Of a stretch of DNA of 64,000 nt, positions 11,879-22,803 are shown piece by piece; the stretch's first letter is position 1; the number at the start of each line of letters is the position of its first letter. The DNA is from Octopus sinensis. Lineage: Eukaryota. Made by a program: the position numbers and the translations under genes. Below the pieces are notes generated by a model. That model ran no database searches, was not told where the DNA came from, and saw only the letters and a program-made list of their open reading frames with translations. The stretch covers positions 50,468,001 through 50,532,000 of the forward strand of contig NC_043013.1 in assembly GCF_006345805.1 (NCBI RefSeq). The letters run 5' to 3'.

Positions 11879-12386
11879 TCATCATCATTGTTCGACCGTG
11901 GTCGAGACAATGCTACGCCAGACTTCATGGTCCATCATGGCATTACGGAGGTCCTGTTGCTGGATGCCTGCAGTATTCCGGCTTTGATTGAGAAAGATGA
12001 CGTTTCTCCGTCAGGGGTTAAGACGGTTGAAGACGTATCTGTGTAGAGGACCTTGATGGCAGAAATGATTTTGTCTGGTATCCCATAGAGCTTAAGGATT
12101 TCAAACATCTTGTACCTATCTACAGAATCGAACGCTTTAGAAAAGTCTACAAATACCATTGCAAGATCGCGATTAAATGCTTTTGATTCTTCAATAAGTC
12201 TGCGTAGGCATAGTATCTAGTTCAGCGTTGAGCGCCCATGTCTGAATCCATTTTGGTTCTATCGGAGCAAAGGTTCAACAAAAAGGACAAGACGATTTAG
12301 AATCAGTTTGTTGTACAGTTTTGCAGCAATTGGCATTAGAGATATACTTCTGTAGTTGGTGACGAGGGATAAATCACCTTTTTTTA
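11879..12386 (-). mobile_element. RTE-clade LINE, 5'-truncated and internally deleted, with 11-bp TSD
   Basis: RT motifs KKGDLSLVTNYRSISL...NQNGFR...FVDFSKAFDSV...GILQ fused to C-terminal QQDLRNAMMDHEVWRSIVST and a (TGA)n tail; gttttatttca at 11868-11878 and 12387-12397. Confidence 0.85.
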
Positions 12387-12652
12387 GTTTTATTTCACAT
12401 GGCATAATAAACTAAAAGTAAGAGGATAGGGTGACAGAAAAAGCAAGAAAAAGCGAGGAAGATGTAGATATAAGAGGTGGAAGGTTGAAAAGCCGGGAAA
12501 CGAAAAAGTTTCCCCGCCCCACCGCTTTTACTTTTTCCTGTTTTCTTTTTCCGGTTTTCAAATCTTCCCCCTTTTACATATACTTCTATCTCGCCTTTTC
12601 TCGCTTTTTCTCTCATCCTATCCTATTTTTAGTTTGTTATGGTGTGTCGGCA

Positions 12653-12736
12653 GTGCCTGAAGACTGCGCTGAGACACCAGACGTGTTGAAAAATACTGTC
12701 TGGCATGCTCTCGTCGCATGAAACTAACAGTAGCGC
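12653..12736 (+). ncRNA. Hammerhead-like motif with extended stem II
   Basis: gtgc CTGAAGA [c tgcg..gag..ccagac loop gtctgg..ctc..cgca t] GAAAC T aac A GT A gcgc; the stem II base pair 10.1/11.1 is a C.U mismatch. Confidence 0.4.
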
Positions 12737-12822
12737 ATGAAAACATATATTATGTCTATTAAATATTTATCTCTCACCAGATGAAGCACGGAACAGTGCA
12801 CTATATGTGTGTGTGCACGAAA

Positions 12823-12864
<42 letters not shown>

Positions 12865-13147
12865 CGGAACTACAGTCTCCTGTCCACCAAATACTTGTCA
12901 CAAAATTTTGTAGCGATACACCTATGAAGAGACAGATTACAAAAGGAAAAATTTAATGAAATGAATTTGAACGCGCGCGCGCGCGCGCGGCGCGCGTGTG
13001 TGTGTGTGAGAGAGTTTGTATGTATATATGAGTTTTGTATGGTATTTTGTCGTCAGGAACATTTTATAATTTGTCATATCGCTAATCATAGAAGGGAGAT
13101 AAGAATAATGAACCAAATCGAAGAGAAAATGTATCTATGTAATATAT

Positions 13148-13195
<48 letters not shown>

Positions 13196-13317
13196 TATAT
13201 ATATATTATTAAATTTGAGGGAATAAAATCCAAAACTTACAAGGAAAAAAAATTCAATTAGAAATACTAAATCAAATTTCACACAAATAATATCTATATA
13301 TTATATATATATTATTA

Positions 13318-13606
13318 ATAAAAGGGCTTAGTAAAATAAATTACTTTGCCGCATACTGAACTCATTAGAAATAGCAGCTAAAAAAACTTTTTTAAAACTA
13401 TTTCTAATACTTAAAGAAAACCTCTCTCATATAGTGTTTGCTCAATTCAACTCACGAAATTCAACTCACGTGAGTTGAATTGAGCAAACACTATATGAGA
13501 GAGGTTTTCTTTAAGTATTAGAAATAGTTTAAAAAAGTTTTTTTAGCTGCTATTTCTAATGAGTTCAGTATGCGGCAAAGTAATTTATTTTACTAAGCCC
13601 TTTTAT
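13318..13606. repeat. Spacerless palindrome, arms about 140-150 bp
   Basis: Centre ctcac|gtgag at 13469/13470; aaaagggcttagtaaaataaattactttgccgc... mirrored at ...gcggcaaagtaatttattttactaagccctttt. Confidence 0.9.
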
Positions 13607-13708
13607 ATAATGTAATAATTTGAATTCGCCTTAAATGGTCCCTTGCATACTGAATATTGGTGAAATTGATTAATTAATTAATTTTACCCTCAATTGTTGA
13701 AATTATAT

Positions 13709-13747
<39 letters not shown>

Positions 13748-13754
<7 letters not shown>

Positions 13755-14068
13755 GAAAAAAAACACCTTTTATCAATTCAAAATGAACAATTAAATTACA
13801 CCATCTGGAAAATTACATATAATAGAAATACTAAAATTAAAATAATAAAATACCGATGATTAAATAAATTGCAAAAAGATAATAATAACTTATATAAACT
13901 TTAGAATAACAGTTTATATAAGTTATTGTTATTATTTTTTTGCAATTTACTTTATCTTTGACATTTGGTTGTTATTTTAAAGTTAATATTTCTATTATAT
14001 GTAATTTTCTGGATGGTGTAATTTAATTGTTCATTTTGAATTGATAAAAGGTGGGTTTTTTCTAATTT
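13748..14068. mobile_element. AT-rich fold-back MITE inserted in (TA)n
   Basis: About 80-bp outer inverted repeats plus a 35-bp inner inverted repeat; (TA)n on both sides; shorter copy at 23816-23956. Confidence 0.7.
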
Positions 14069-14428
14069 ATATATATATATATATATATAATACTAGACTT
14101 ACTACCTAGCGTTGCCCAGTAAAGTGTTCACAGAATTGTTTGCCAGTTTGTAGAATGGGAATTTTCGGTACTTATGCATGTAAATATATTTAACCTAACT
14201 TCTTCCGGACTTATTTAATTGGAACTATCCAAACAATAGCAACATTGTACAACAATGATTTAGCTACAGAGAAGCGAAATCATTTTCTGGAACAGTTTTT
14301 ACCATAGATATCGAAAATGAACACCGTTTTTCATGAAATCACTCAAGTGTTTCGTAAAATAAGCCGTCACGAAACGTTATGTTTTTGCTATAAAGTGGAC
14401 CGTTTTCTGTAAAATGGATTGTTTTTAA

Positions 14429-15231
14429 TCTCTCTATATATAAACGGCAGTTTGTCTGTCTGTGTGTCTGTGTGTCTGTCAGGTTGTACCTCACCTAACC
14501 ACGGCTTTAACATTGATTAGATTGAAACTTGACACACACATAGCCCAATGTCATAATTCAAAACTAACGCAGCGAAAATTTTGAAAAGTTCCCCAGTTCT
14601 GAAAAAAAATCGATAATTTCGACATGGGTCGAGAATCTAAGCTTTTTATATGCAACACTTTTGTACGACTGTCTAGGGGACGCAACTCGACCTTTTTAAC
14701 TCTCGAACACGTGGGGTAAGTATCCCAAAATGTTAACAATGTACAAAAACGGCAAAAAAGCAGGCAGCAATGTGAGTGACAACAACGAAAAAGTCAAAGT
14801 GACCAAACAGAACAAACGAATGGAAAAGGTTTTTGGTTGCACACGACAAAAGCGGTTTATAATAAACCAAGAGTGAGTTTGCAAGTAGCGTCCGAGGACC
14901 CTTAGGGTACGTCAAAAATTTAGGTAAACGTTTGGGGTGGTAGTTATAAAGAAAGTTAAACAAAAAAAGTATTCGAATAACTTGCGGCTGCAGCAGCTAT
15001 TAGCAGAAGTGGCGTTGTTGTGGGGGTAAAGTCTCGAATGTAATTTCTTCCTGGTAGGAATTGGTTGGGTTGAATTATAGATAGCTGTTTGATAGTTATT
15101 TGGGAGTGAAGAGAAGACATTGCAACCTACACATGCGCCTTCGTTCCTTAGAGGGAAAGGACTAGATTGGGATTAGTCGTTGCCTACTAGGGGCTCTTAC
15201 ATACCCGGGCAACGCCGGGCTATGCTGCTAG
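14429..15231 (+). mobile_element. Non-autonomous Helitron
   Basis: 5' a|TCtctctatatataaa, 3' hairpin cccgggcaacgccggg followed by CTAG|t, i.e. insertion into an AT dinucleotide. Confidence 0.8.
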
Positions 15232-15272
15232 TAGTAAATACGTTATGTGTGTCTTTTATTTAAGGAAGAACA

Positions 15273-16445
15273 TCTAATTTTTAGTAGTATATTTATGCTT
15301 CCTTTTATGTATAGCATCAGGTCTATCTTTCTGAAGAAACCAGCAAAAGTCAGCAAGCATGGAGGGACTCCACTTCCCCTTATATCGAGTTTCCATTTGA
15401 CTTATGTCTTGATGGAAGCTCTCACCATGCTTGTCGTTGATATCTGCTGCATTCTGAAGAAATTAAGCTAGATGTGAATGCAAATTGTGAACTTTTAACG
15501 ACATATTACACCCTAATGATTTGTACGAATCAATCAACTCTTTAAAAGTACTTCATAGTTGGCTGCTCTAAGCTTCCCAGGTAGACCATTACATATGTTT
15601 CTGAAACTTTGCCTTGCATCCAATTCCAATACATTTAAGGTATTTTCAAAATTATCGTCTGTTAAAAGTTGCCGAATTTGGGCACCGACAAACACCCCTT
15701 CTTTGATTTTCGCATGGCTTAGTTCGGGAAACTTAGTTTTCAAGTACAAAAATTGTGACTCTTCTAGAGTTAACTTCTTAACAAACAGTTTGATAAGGCC
15801 TAATTTAATATGGAATGGAGGCAAAATTATTTTCTTCTTAGGAACTAGTGGTTCACGTACAACGTTGTGTGAAGCTATTTCTGTTTCATTTCTCAATGGT
15901 CATTCACAACGGATGTAATGCTCTTCCCGAGCACAGCTGTTCCATTAACACAAAAAGCACATGTACTTACTAAACCCAGCCTGTAAGCCACTTACAATTG
16001 TTACAACTTTCAAGTTTGCGCAAATCAGCCATTTATGCTCTTTATATATCTTATACAGCCTAATATAAACGATAAATTTTCGTGCGTTTCCTTTAGAACA
16101 CCAGAATGAGCTACAGGAATTGACGAAAGTTTGTTACCTATGTGCAGTAGTACAGCTTTAGTTACTATAAACTGACGTGTCTATGAATAGCCTCCACTCA
16201 CTAGGGTTGTAGTTTAAGCGGAGCTCTTCAAAGTGTCCCGGTATGTCGTTACAATAATACAGGCTGCCATTCATTTCAAATTTTTCTATCAAACCATCTG
16301 CACGGTTTCGAAATTTTGTAATGTTGACATCTTGAGTTACCAAGTTTCTTTCCCTTCACATAGATGCCAGTAACTCGCTCTAAATTTTCGTTAATCCCTA
16401 ATCCCGAACAAGATCGTTTAACTCATCCTGTGCTAGGGAATCGTT
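15273..16445 (-). pseudogene. Decayed DNA transposase, Chapaev3 (CMC)-like
   Basis: Ordered motifs QDELNDLVRD, EWRLFID, ILPPFHIKLGLIKLFVK, KIKEGVFVGAQIRQL, HSHL..., HGESFHQDISQMETRYKGKW, MLADFCW, with stops and frameshifts; family assignment from recall. Confidence 0.75.
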
Positions 16446-16573
16446 TAACTGCTATGTGTATTTGAAACTCTGAGTATTATCACGACAACTTACTAATCGT
16501 CCTATATTATATATGTATAGATAAATTCCTCTATTTACATAATATCGAGGTCTCATTCATTCTTTTGTTGTCA

Positions 16574-16607
<34 letters not shown>

Positions 16608-16609
16608 AT

Positions 16610-16644
<35 letters not shown>

Positions 16645-16705
16645 CAATTTAATCAATCAATCAATATTGTTATCGTGCAATACCCTGGAAGAAGATTTTT
16701 TTTTA

Positions 16706-17196
16706 AGTGTGGAAAGGCTGTGCACTGAAATCTCGAGTTGCACATGAGAAAGTAAGGAGGATGTCAGGAAGGGGATCGCTGTTACACTTCCAGATGGGGA
16801 AGGGTCTTTCTATGATGCTGACATCATGTGTCTGTGCAAGACCCTGCCTCATTAAAGCTGGACTCAAGAGTCATCTTCGTAGTCATAAGTGAGACAGATG
16901 AGTGACAACCTGGCCAACTGGTGGAAGTGCCGTGTGTGTTACGCACCATACTATCATATCTGTCGGGCAGTGAGAAGTGGAATTCGGCAGGAGGAACTTA
17001 AACGACATGCAAAAGGTACATGAAGCCCTGTTACAACTACGCCGGCTATTACCGGTAAAGGTTTTAGTTGCCAATTTTTGTACAAGACATTGTAGATCTT
17101 TAGCTGGGCTAAAAAGTCACATCGATTCGATCACACGCACCAGTAACAGTTAAGCTTCGTGCAATGGCCATACTCGATAACGAGGGGGCAGCCATA
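16706..17196 (+). mobile_element. Two adjacent RTE-like LINE 3' ends with C-terminal C2H2 zinc fingers
   Basis: CVCARPCLIKAGLKSHLRSHK* (to 16892) and CQFCTRHCRSLAGLKSH, followed by tail atggccatactcgataacgagggggcagcc. Confidence 0.6.
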
Positions 17197-17234
17197 ATAT
17201 ATATATATATGTAAATATATATATATATATATAT

Positions 17235-17272
<38 letters not shown>

Positions 17273-17285
17273 TATATATTTATCA

Positions 17286-17689
17286 GGCGCAGGAGTGGCT
17301 GTGTGGTAAGTAGCTTGCTAACCACCACAAGGTTCCGGGTCCAGTCCCCCCTGCGTATCATCTTGGCAAGTGTCCTTCTGCTATAGCCCCGGGCCGACCA
17401 ATGCCTTGTGAGTGGATTTGGTAGACAGAAACTGAAAGAAGCCGTCGTATATATGTATATATATATAAGTGTTGTGTGGTATATGTTGTGTGTCTGTGTT
17501 TGTCCCCCTAGCATTGCTTGACAAACCGATGCTGGTGTGTTTACGTCCCCGTCACCTAGCGGTTCGGCAAAAGAGTCCGATAGAATAAGTACTGGGCTTA
17601 CAAAGAATAAGTCCCGGGATCTATTTGCTCGACTAAAGGTGGTGCTCCAGCATGGCCGCAGTCAAATGACTGAAACAAGTAAAAAAAAA
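17286..17689 (+). mobile_element. SINE family A, full length
   Basis: Head ggcgcaggagtggctgtgtggtaag, B-box-like ggttccgggtcc, CORE-like atcttggcaagtgtcc, central TA/TG tract, tail ctgaaacaagtaaaa. Confidence 0.9.
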
Positions 17690-17858
17690 TAATATATATA
17701 TATATATATATATATCTTTTTTTTTTAATATAGTTAATCCAAACATTTTTTTTAATATAGTTAATCCAAACATAAACAAAGAGAAAATACAACAACGCGA
17801 GGACTTGGAACAAGTATAGTGTTATTGGACGTTCTGGAAAGGAAAGAAAGAAGGAGGA

Positions 17859-17892
17859 TTTAACGTTTCGAGCGGAGCTCTTCGTCAGAAAC
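17859..17892 (-). ncRNA. Minimal hammerhead ribozyme, intact core, Penelope-type repeat
   Basis: Reverse complement: ttt CTGACGA A GAGC tcc GCTC GAAAC GTT aaa. Confidence 0.6.
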
Positions 17893-18056
17893 ATAGAAAA
17901 AGGAAAGGTCGAAGGAAAGGAAGACGGAGAAAGAAAATCGCCAACGATACACACGCGGTCACATATGGTCAACTTTACAGAAAGCAAAAGACGAAGACAG
18001 GTGTAGGAAGAACAAGCAGGTGTATTAGTTTAACGCGCAGGAAGAATGGAAATGTC

Positions 18057-18091
18057 ATTTACGTTTCGAGCCTAGGCTCTTCGACAGAAAG
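18057..18091 (-). ncRNA. Minimal hammerhead-like motif, core variant CUGUCGA
   Basis: Reverse complement: cttt CTGTCGA A GAGC ctag GCTC GAAAC GTA aat; downstream sequence matches that after 7778 and 22716. Confidence 0.5.
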
Positions 18092-18655
18092 GATTGAGAG
18101 GTAAAACAAAAAGCGGAGAGAAGGAAAATGTGCACAACGGTCCAACACACACACATACAGAGAGAGAGAGAGGGGGAGGAGAGGAAGGGAATTTGTGTGT
18201 TTGTAAGGAAAATATTGTTGATATGAATCTTGAGTAGACCGAAGGGAAAACCCACTGCACGGACATAACATCTCGAATCCTTCTACTTGAGACATTCAGC
18301 GCAACATTCCATCCACTGCTGATATCAGCAACGAAAACAGTCATCTATTTTTGTTTGCAATGAGGTCTCTTGCCATATCTTCGAGGGCCCTCACCGCACC
18401 AAGGAAGTCCTTCGCCATGTCTAAGAGGTCTTTCAATGAACTCTTTCGCTACACAACGATCTATCTCGCATTACAACTTCAACGAGGTCTCTCACCACTT
18501 CATGTCGTTCACAACACCAACGAGGCCCGTCAACGCATTAACGGATTCACTTCTACATCAACCATGTCCCTCACTACAACATCTACTAACGAAAGTATCA
18601 TAATATGGCAACTTTCAATAAAACAAAACCCCTAAAACCGTGACATATTGTAAGA

Positions 18656-18947
18656 CGCCATCGACCTCGGCGGAATTTGAACTCAGAACATAAAGACTGA
18701 CGAAATACCTATTTCTTTACTACCCACAAGGAGCTAAACACAGAGAAGGGACAAACAAGGACAGACAAAGGGATTAAGTCGATTATATCGATCCCAGTGC
18801 GTAACTGGTACTTATTTAATCGACCCCGAAAGGATGAAAGGCAAAGTCGACCTCGGCGGAATTTGAACTCAGAACGTAACGGCAGACGAAATACGGCTTA
18901 CGCATTTCGCTCGGTCTGCTAACCACTCTGCCAGCTCGCCCCGCCTT
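18656..18947 (-). mobile_element. SINE family B monomer plus partial second unit
   Basis: Full unit 18947-18710, then restart at aaatag|gtatttcgtc. Confidence 0.88.
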
Positions 18948-19009
18948 ACAGCTCAAATATGTTGTTGTTAAAATGTGCACATTTCATATCAACGATTGTC
19001 CATACTGCC

Positions 19010-19584
19010 TTCCTTCCTTCCTTTCTTCTTCTTCTTCTTCTTCTTCTTCTTCTTTTCTTCTCTTCTTCTTGCTTCTTTTTCTTTTCTTTCTTCTTCTTCT
19101 TTCTTCGTCTTTCATTTTCTTCTTTTTCTTCTTCTTCTTCATTTTCTTTCTTTTTTCTGTTCTTCTTCTGTTTTTTTTCTTTTTCTTCTCTTTCTTTTTC
19201 TTTTACTTTTTTCATTTTTCTCGCTCTCGTTCCTCTTCTCTTCTTCTTCCTTCTCGCTTCTGTTCTTCTCTTCTTCTTCTCTTCTTCTCTTCTTCTTTTT
19301 CTTTTTCTTCCCTCTTCTTTCTTTTGCTTTCTTCTTTCTTCTTCTTTTCTTCTTCTTTTTCTTCGTTCTGTCTCTTTTTCTCTTTCTTCTTCTTCTTCTT
19401 TCTTTTTTTCTTGTCTTCTTCTTCTTTTGTTTTTCTTTCTTCTTCTTTTTCTTTTTCTTTTTTTTCTCTTTTTTTCTTTTCTTTCTTTTTCATTTTCTTC
19501 TTTTTCTCTTTTTTTTTTCTTCTTCTTTTCTTCTTTTTGTTTTTTACTTTTTTCTTTTCTTTTTCTTCTTTTTCTTCTTCTTCT
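19010..19584. repeat. (CTT)n / T-rich polypyrimidine tract
   Basis: Directly visible, about 570 bp almost purine-free on the + strand. Confidence 0.95.
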
Positions 19585-19929
19585 ACCACACCTGTAGCAA
19601 ACTACCTTCCTCAGTAGCTGTTAACTTTATCTCACACCTGCTTTTGTCAGTCAGGTATATTCATTTATCTAATAACTACCATACAATATGTTTCACTAAT
19701 GGACCCCCGCCCCCCCATACACCTGCATCATAGGAGTTCCTTATTGTTATAATACCTTAATTCCAGTATTTCAATTTTCTATTCCATATATTGATCTCTC
19801 TGTCTCATCTATCTATCTGTCTGTCTATCTACACACACACACACACACACACACCACATAAGGTATATATATATTATTTAAAACAGTTTGAGTAATTTTC
19901 TGTGCTACTTCAAGTTTCACTGACCCCTA

Positions 19930-20283
19930 ACGCAGCCCGACTCCTTCAGGTTTCTGGAATGACCGAATGAAGAGATCCAGGAAGTCCAAGATGGCTACTG
20001 GAAAAGCCTTTCACATATATTTGGTTTTGTACATAGTGTTGTTCTAGAGAATGTTTAAGAAAGCATAAGAAAATTGTGTTTGTTTTAAAATTTGAGATTA
20101 CAGAGTAAAGTATTTTGCGTAGGAAATGGGCAATTCCCATGAGCACTGCCTTTTGAATTTCTACCATTTTGGGGTTTCCTGGTATCTGAGCTAGGTAGAG
20201 ATCAGCCCCTTTTGCTATCATTCCTAGGGCACCTATGACAACAGATATTGTTTTGGTCTTTAGGTTCCACATTTTGTTCATTT
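19930..20283 (-). mobile_element. R4/Dong-like non-LTR retrotransposon 3' end (restriction-like endonuclease C-terminus)
   Basis: KMWNLKTKTISVVIGALG...YLAQIPG...EIQKAVLMGIAHFLRKIL is the characteristic RLE tail of R4/NeSL-group elements. Confidence 0.75.
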
Positions 20284-20303
20284 TTATTTCGAGATCTTTA
20301 TAC

Positions 20304-20708
20304 TTACTCTTTTACTTGTTCCAGTCATTTGACTGCGGCCATGCTGGAGCACCGCCTTTAGTCGAGCAAATCGACCCCGGGACTTATTCTTTGTAAGCCC
20401 AGTACTTATTCTATCGATCTCTTTTTGCCGACCGCTAAGTGACGGGACGTAAACACACCAGCATCGGTTGTCAAGCAATGCTAGGGGGACAAACACAGAC
20501 ACACAACATACACGCACACACACACACATATATATATATATACATATATACGACAGGCTTCTTTCAGTTCCGTCTACCAAATCACTCACAAGCTTGGTCG
20601 GCCCGGGGCTATAGCAGAAGACACTTGCTCAAGATGCCACGCAGTGGGACTGAACCCGGAACCATGTGGTTGGTTAGCAACTACTTACCACACAGCCACT
20701 CCTGCGCC
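20304..20708 (-). mobile_element. SINE family A, full length
   Basis: Complete head and tail motifs. Confidence 0.9.
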
Positions 20709-20930
20709 TAGTTTTTGGTAGGTCTTGCTCAGTTTCTGGTAGGTCTTGACAGATACGTTTATATCGATTGGGACGGTCATGTCAATGAGGAGGCATGTTT
20801 TTTATCTGAAGTCTTTCAAATGATGTCTGGTCTATTTGTATCTATCTTTCTGTCAGTTTGAATGGTGAACTTCGAGGGGTGAGATGTGGTCATTTTCAAG
20901 CACTGGAGGTGGTTTGTGTTCCCACCAGTT

Positions 20931-21295
20931 TTTATTGTGCTTGAAGACGTATGCAGGCTTGCAGTATAACCTGTGCATACATTTTAGTAATGGTGATGTA
21001 GCACCCATCAACAGATGTGTAGTGCTCGCTATTAAATGGTGTTTTACTATAAGCACCAAGCATTCCATTATAAGCACCAAGCATTCCAACTGTAGAGCAG
21101 GCTACAGTAAGGCAGCCACACAATTTTGTAACAGTTTTATTTCTACGTACAGGATAATATGGTACCTTGACACACAAAGGTTGTCCTGTTCGCGAAATAC
21201 TAGGGTCGAATTTTATAAGAGGTCTATGGAAAATTCCCAATTTTTTGGCCAAAAATAGGGGTCGACTTTTAACGTGGGATCGACGATTACTCGCT

Positions 21296-21337
<42 letters not shown>

Positions 21338-21598
21338 CATACACACACAACAGGGCAATCTTTGTGGGTCAAGGTACCATATTATCCTGTACGTAGAAAT
21401 AAAACTGTTACAAAATTGTTACAAAATTGTGTGGCTACCTTACTGTAGCCTGCTCTACAGGTGGAATGCTTGGTGCTTATAGTAAAAGACCATTTAGTAG
21501 CGAGCACTACACATCTGTTGATGGGTGCTACATCACCATTACTAAAATATATGCACAGGTTATACTGCAAGCCTGCATACGTCTTCAAGCACAATAAA
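20931..21598. repeat. Inverted repeat, arms 20931-21190 and 21349-21598; spacer holds a pogo/Tigger-like end and (TA)n
   Basis: Arms are reverse complements with high identity; spacer contains ggggtcgacttt...gggatcgacgattactcgcttgtata. Confidence 0.85.
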
Positions 21599-21844
21599 TA
21601 CATGCATCATACACTCGCTGTTTACATGGTGAGAAATGTGTTTCACAGACAGCACTATTGGCGAACACTTGCAAATGCCACTGTCTAAATTCATACAAAG
21701 GTATGACTTTGGTAAGCCTAAAACCATTCAATTAATCGCTAGATCAGTGGTTCCCATGCGACTGTTATACTTTACTCGTTTCCAAATTTGATAAACACAA
21801 CATGGCCACAGTCAAGTGACTGAAACAAGTAAAAGAGTAAAACA

Positions 21845-21878
<34 letters not shown>

Positions 21879-22097
21879 TGTTTCCTGTGTGGTTAGGTTT
21901 GTCTCCTAGAAATTCCGTTAAAAAAAACCGATGGAATAAGGGGCAGGCATTTTTTTTTTAAAACAGGAAAAAGAGGAATAAAAGTCCTGTTGTGAATTTG
22001 TTCGACTAAAATTCATCGAAGCAGAGCTCCAGCATGGACGCAGCTCATTAACTAAAACAAGTAAACGGCGAACGGTAATTATTGTAAAACAGTAATA

Positions 22098-22148
<51 letters not shown>

Positions 22149-22284
22149 TCGCCTGCCGTACAGTACCAGGATGTTATATTTAGTCGTTTGGTAATACCAG
22201 TTGAAACCTCACTTGCTATGGCATTGAGGTCGTTCCGGCCTCCCCCGTTAACAGGGACAGAACCCGGGTTTAAAACACTGGATA

Positions 22285-22319
<35 letters not shown>

Positions 22320-22336
22320 AAAAATGTCAAGTGACA

Positions 22337-22475
22337 CTTTATGACCTTAAACATCGAATAACAACAGCAATCAACTCAGTGGATCGTGATATGCTGATAC
22401 GCGTCTGGGAGGAATTCTCTTATCGCATTTACGTTTCCCGTGCTGCAGGTGGTGGCCACATTGAACTCTTGTCAG
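22337..22475 (+). mobile_element. Tc1/mariner transposase C-terminal remnant
   Basis: LYDLKHRITTAINSVDRDMLIRVWEEFSYRIYVSRAAGGGHIELL. Confidence 0.65.
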
Positions 22476-22680
22476 ACATCAAATAAAAGTTGATTGTGAG
22501 TAAATACTTGTGACTTAGCTGGAGTTTTCGATTGCTTTCCCTTATTAAAATATTGCGTAATGAAATCGGTTCATTCTTTTTGAATAACCCTGTGCGTGTG
22601 TGTGTGTATCGATCGCCATGATCGACCGCTAACCACTAAAGCGTTTTTTATTCTCTCTCTCTCTTTATTTTCGCGTGTTC

Positions 22681-22716
22681 CTTTCTGCTGAAGAGCGTAG
22701 GCTCGAAACGTAAAAG
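22681..22716 (+). ncRNA. Minimal hammerhead-like motif, core variant CUGCUGA
   Basis: cttt CTGCTGA A GAGC gtag GCTC GAAAC GTA aaag. Confidence 0.5.
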
Positions 22717-22803
22717 ACTTTCTCACCTTCCCGAGCGTTAAACTAATATGCCTGTTTGTTGTTTACACACCTGTCTTCGTCTTTTGTTTTTTGTAAATTC
22801 CAA

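Noticed and set aside
18345-18640. 94-aa ORF next to the hammerhead repeats
   Set aside because: No recognisable domain in any frame I translated
18946-19733. Phe/Ser-rich and Lys/Glu-rich ORFs
   Set aside because: Translation of a (CTT)n/T-rich tract
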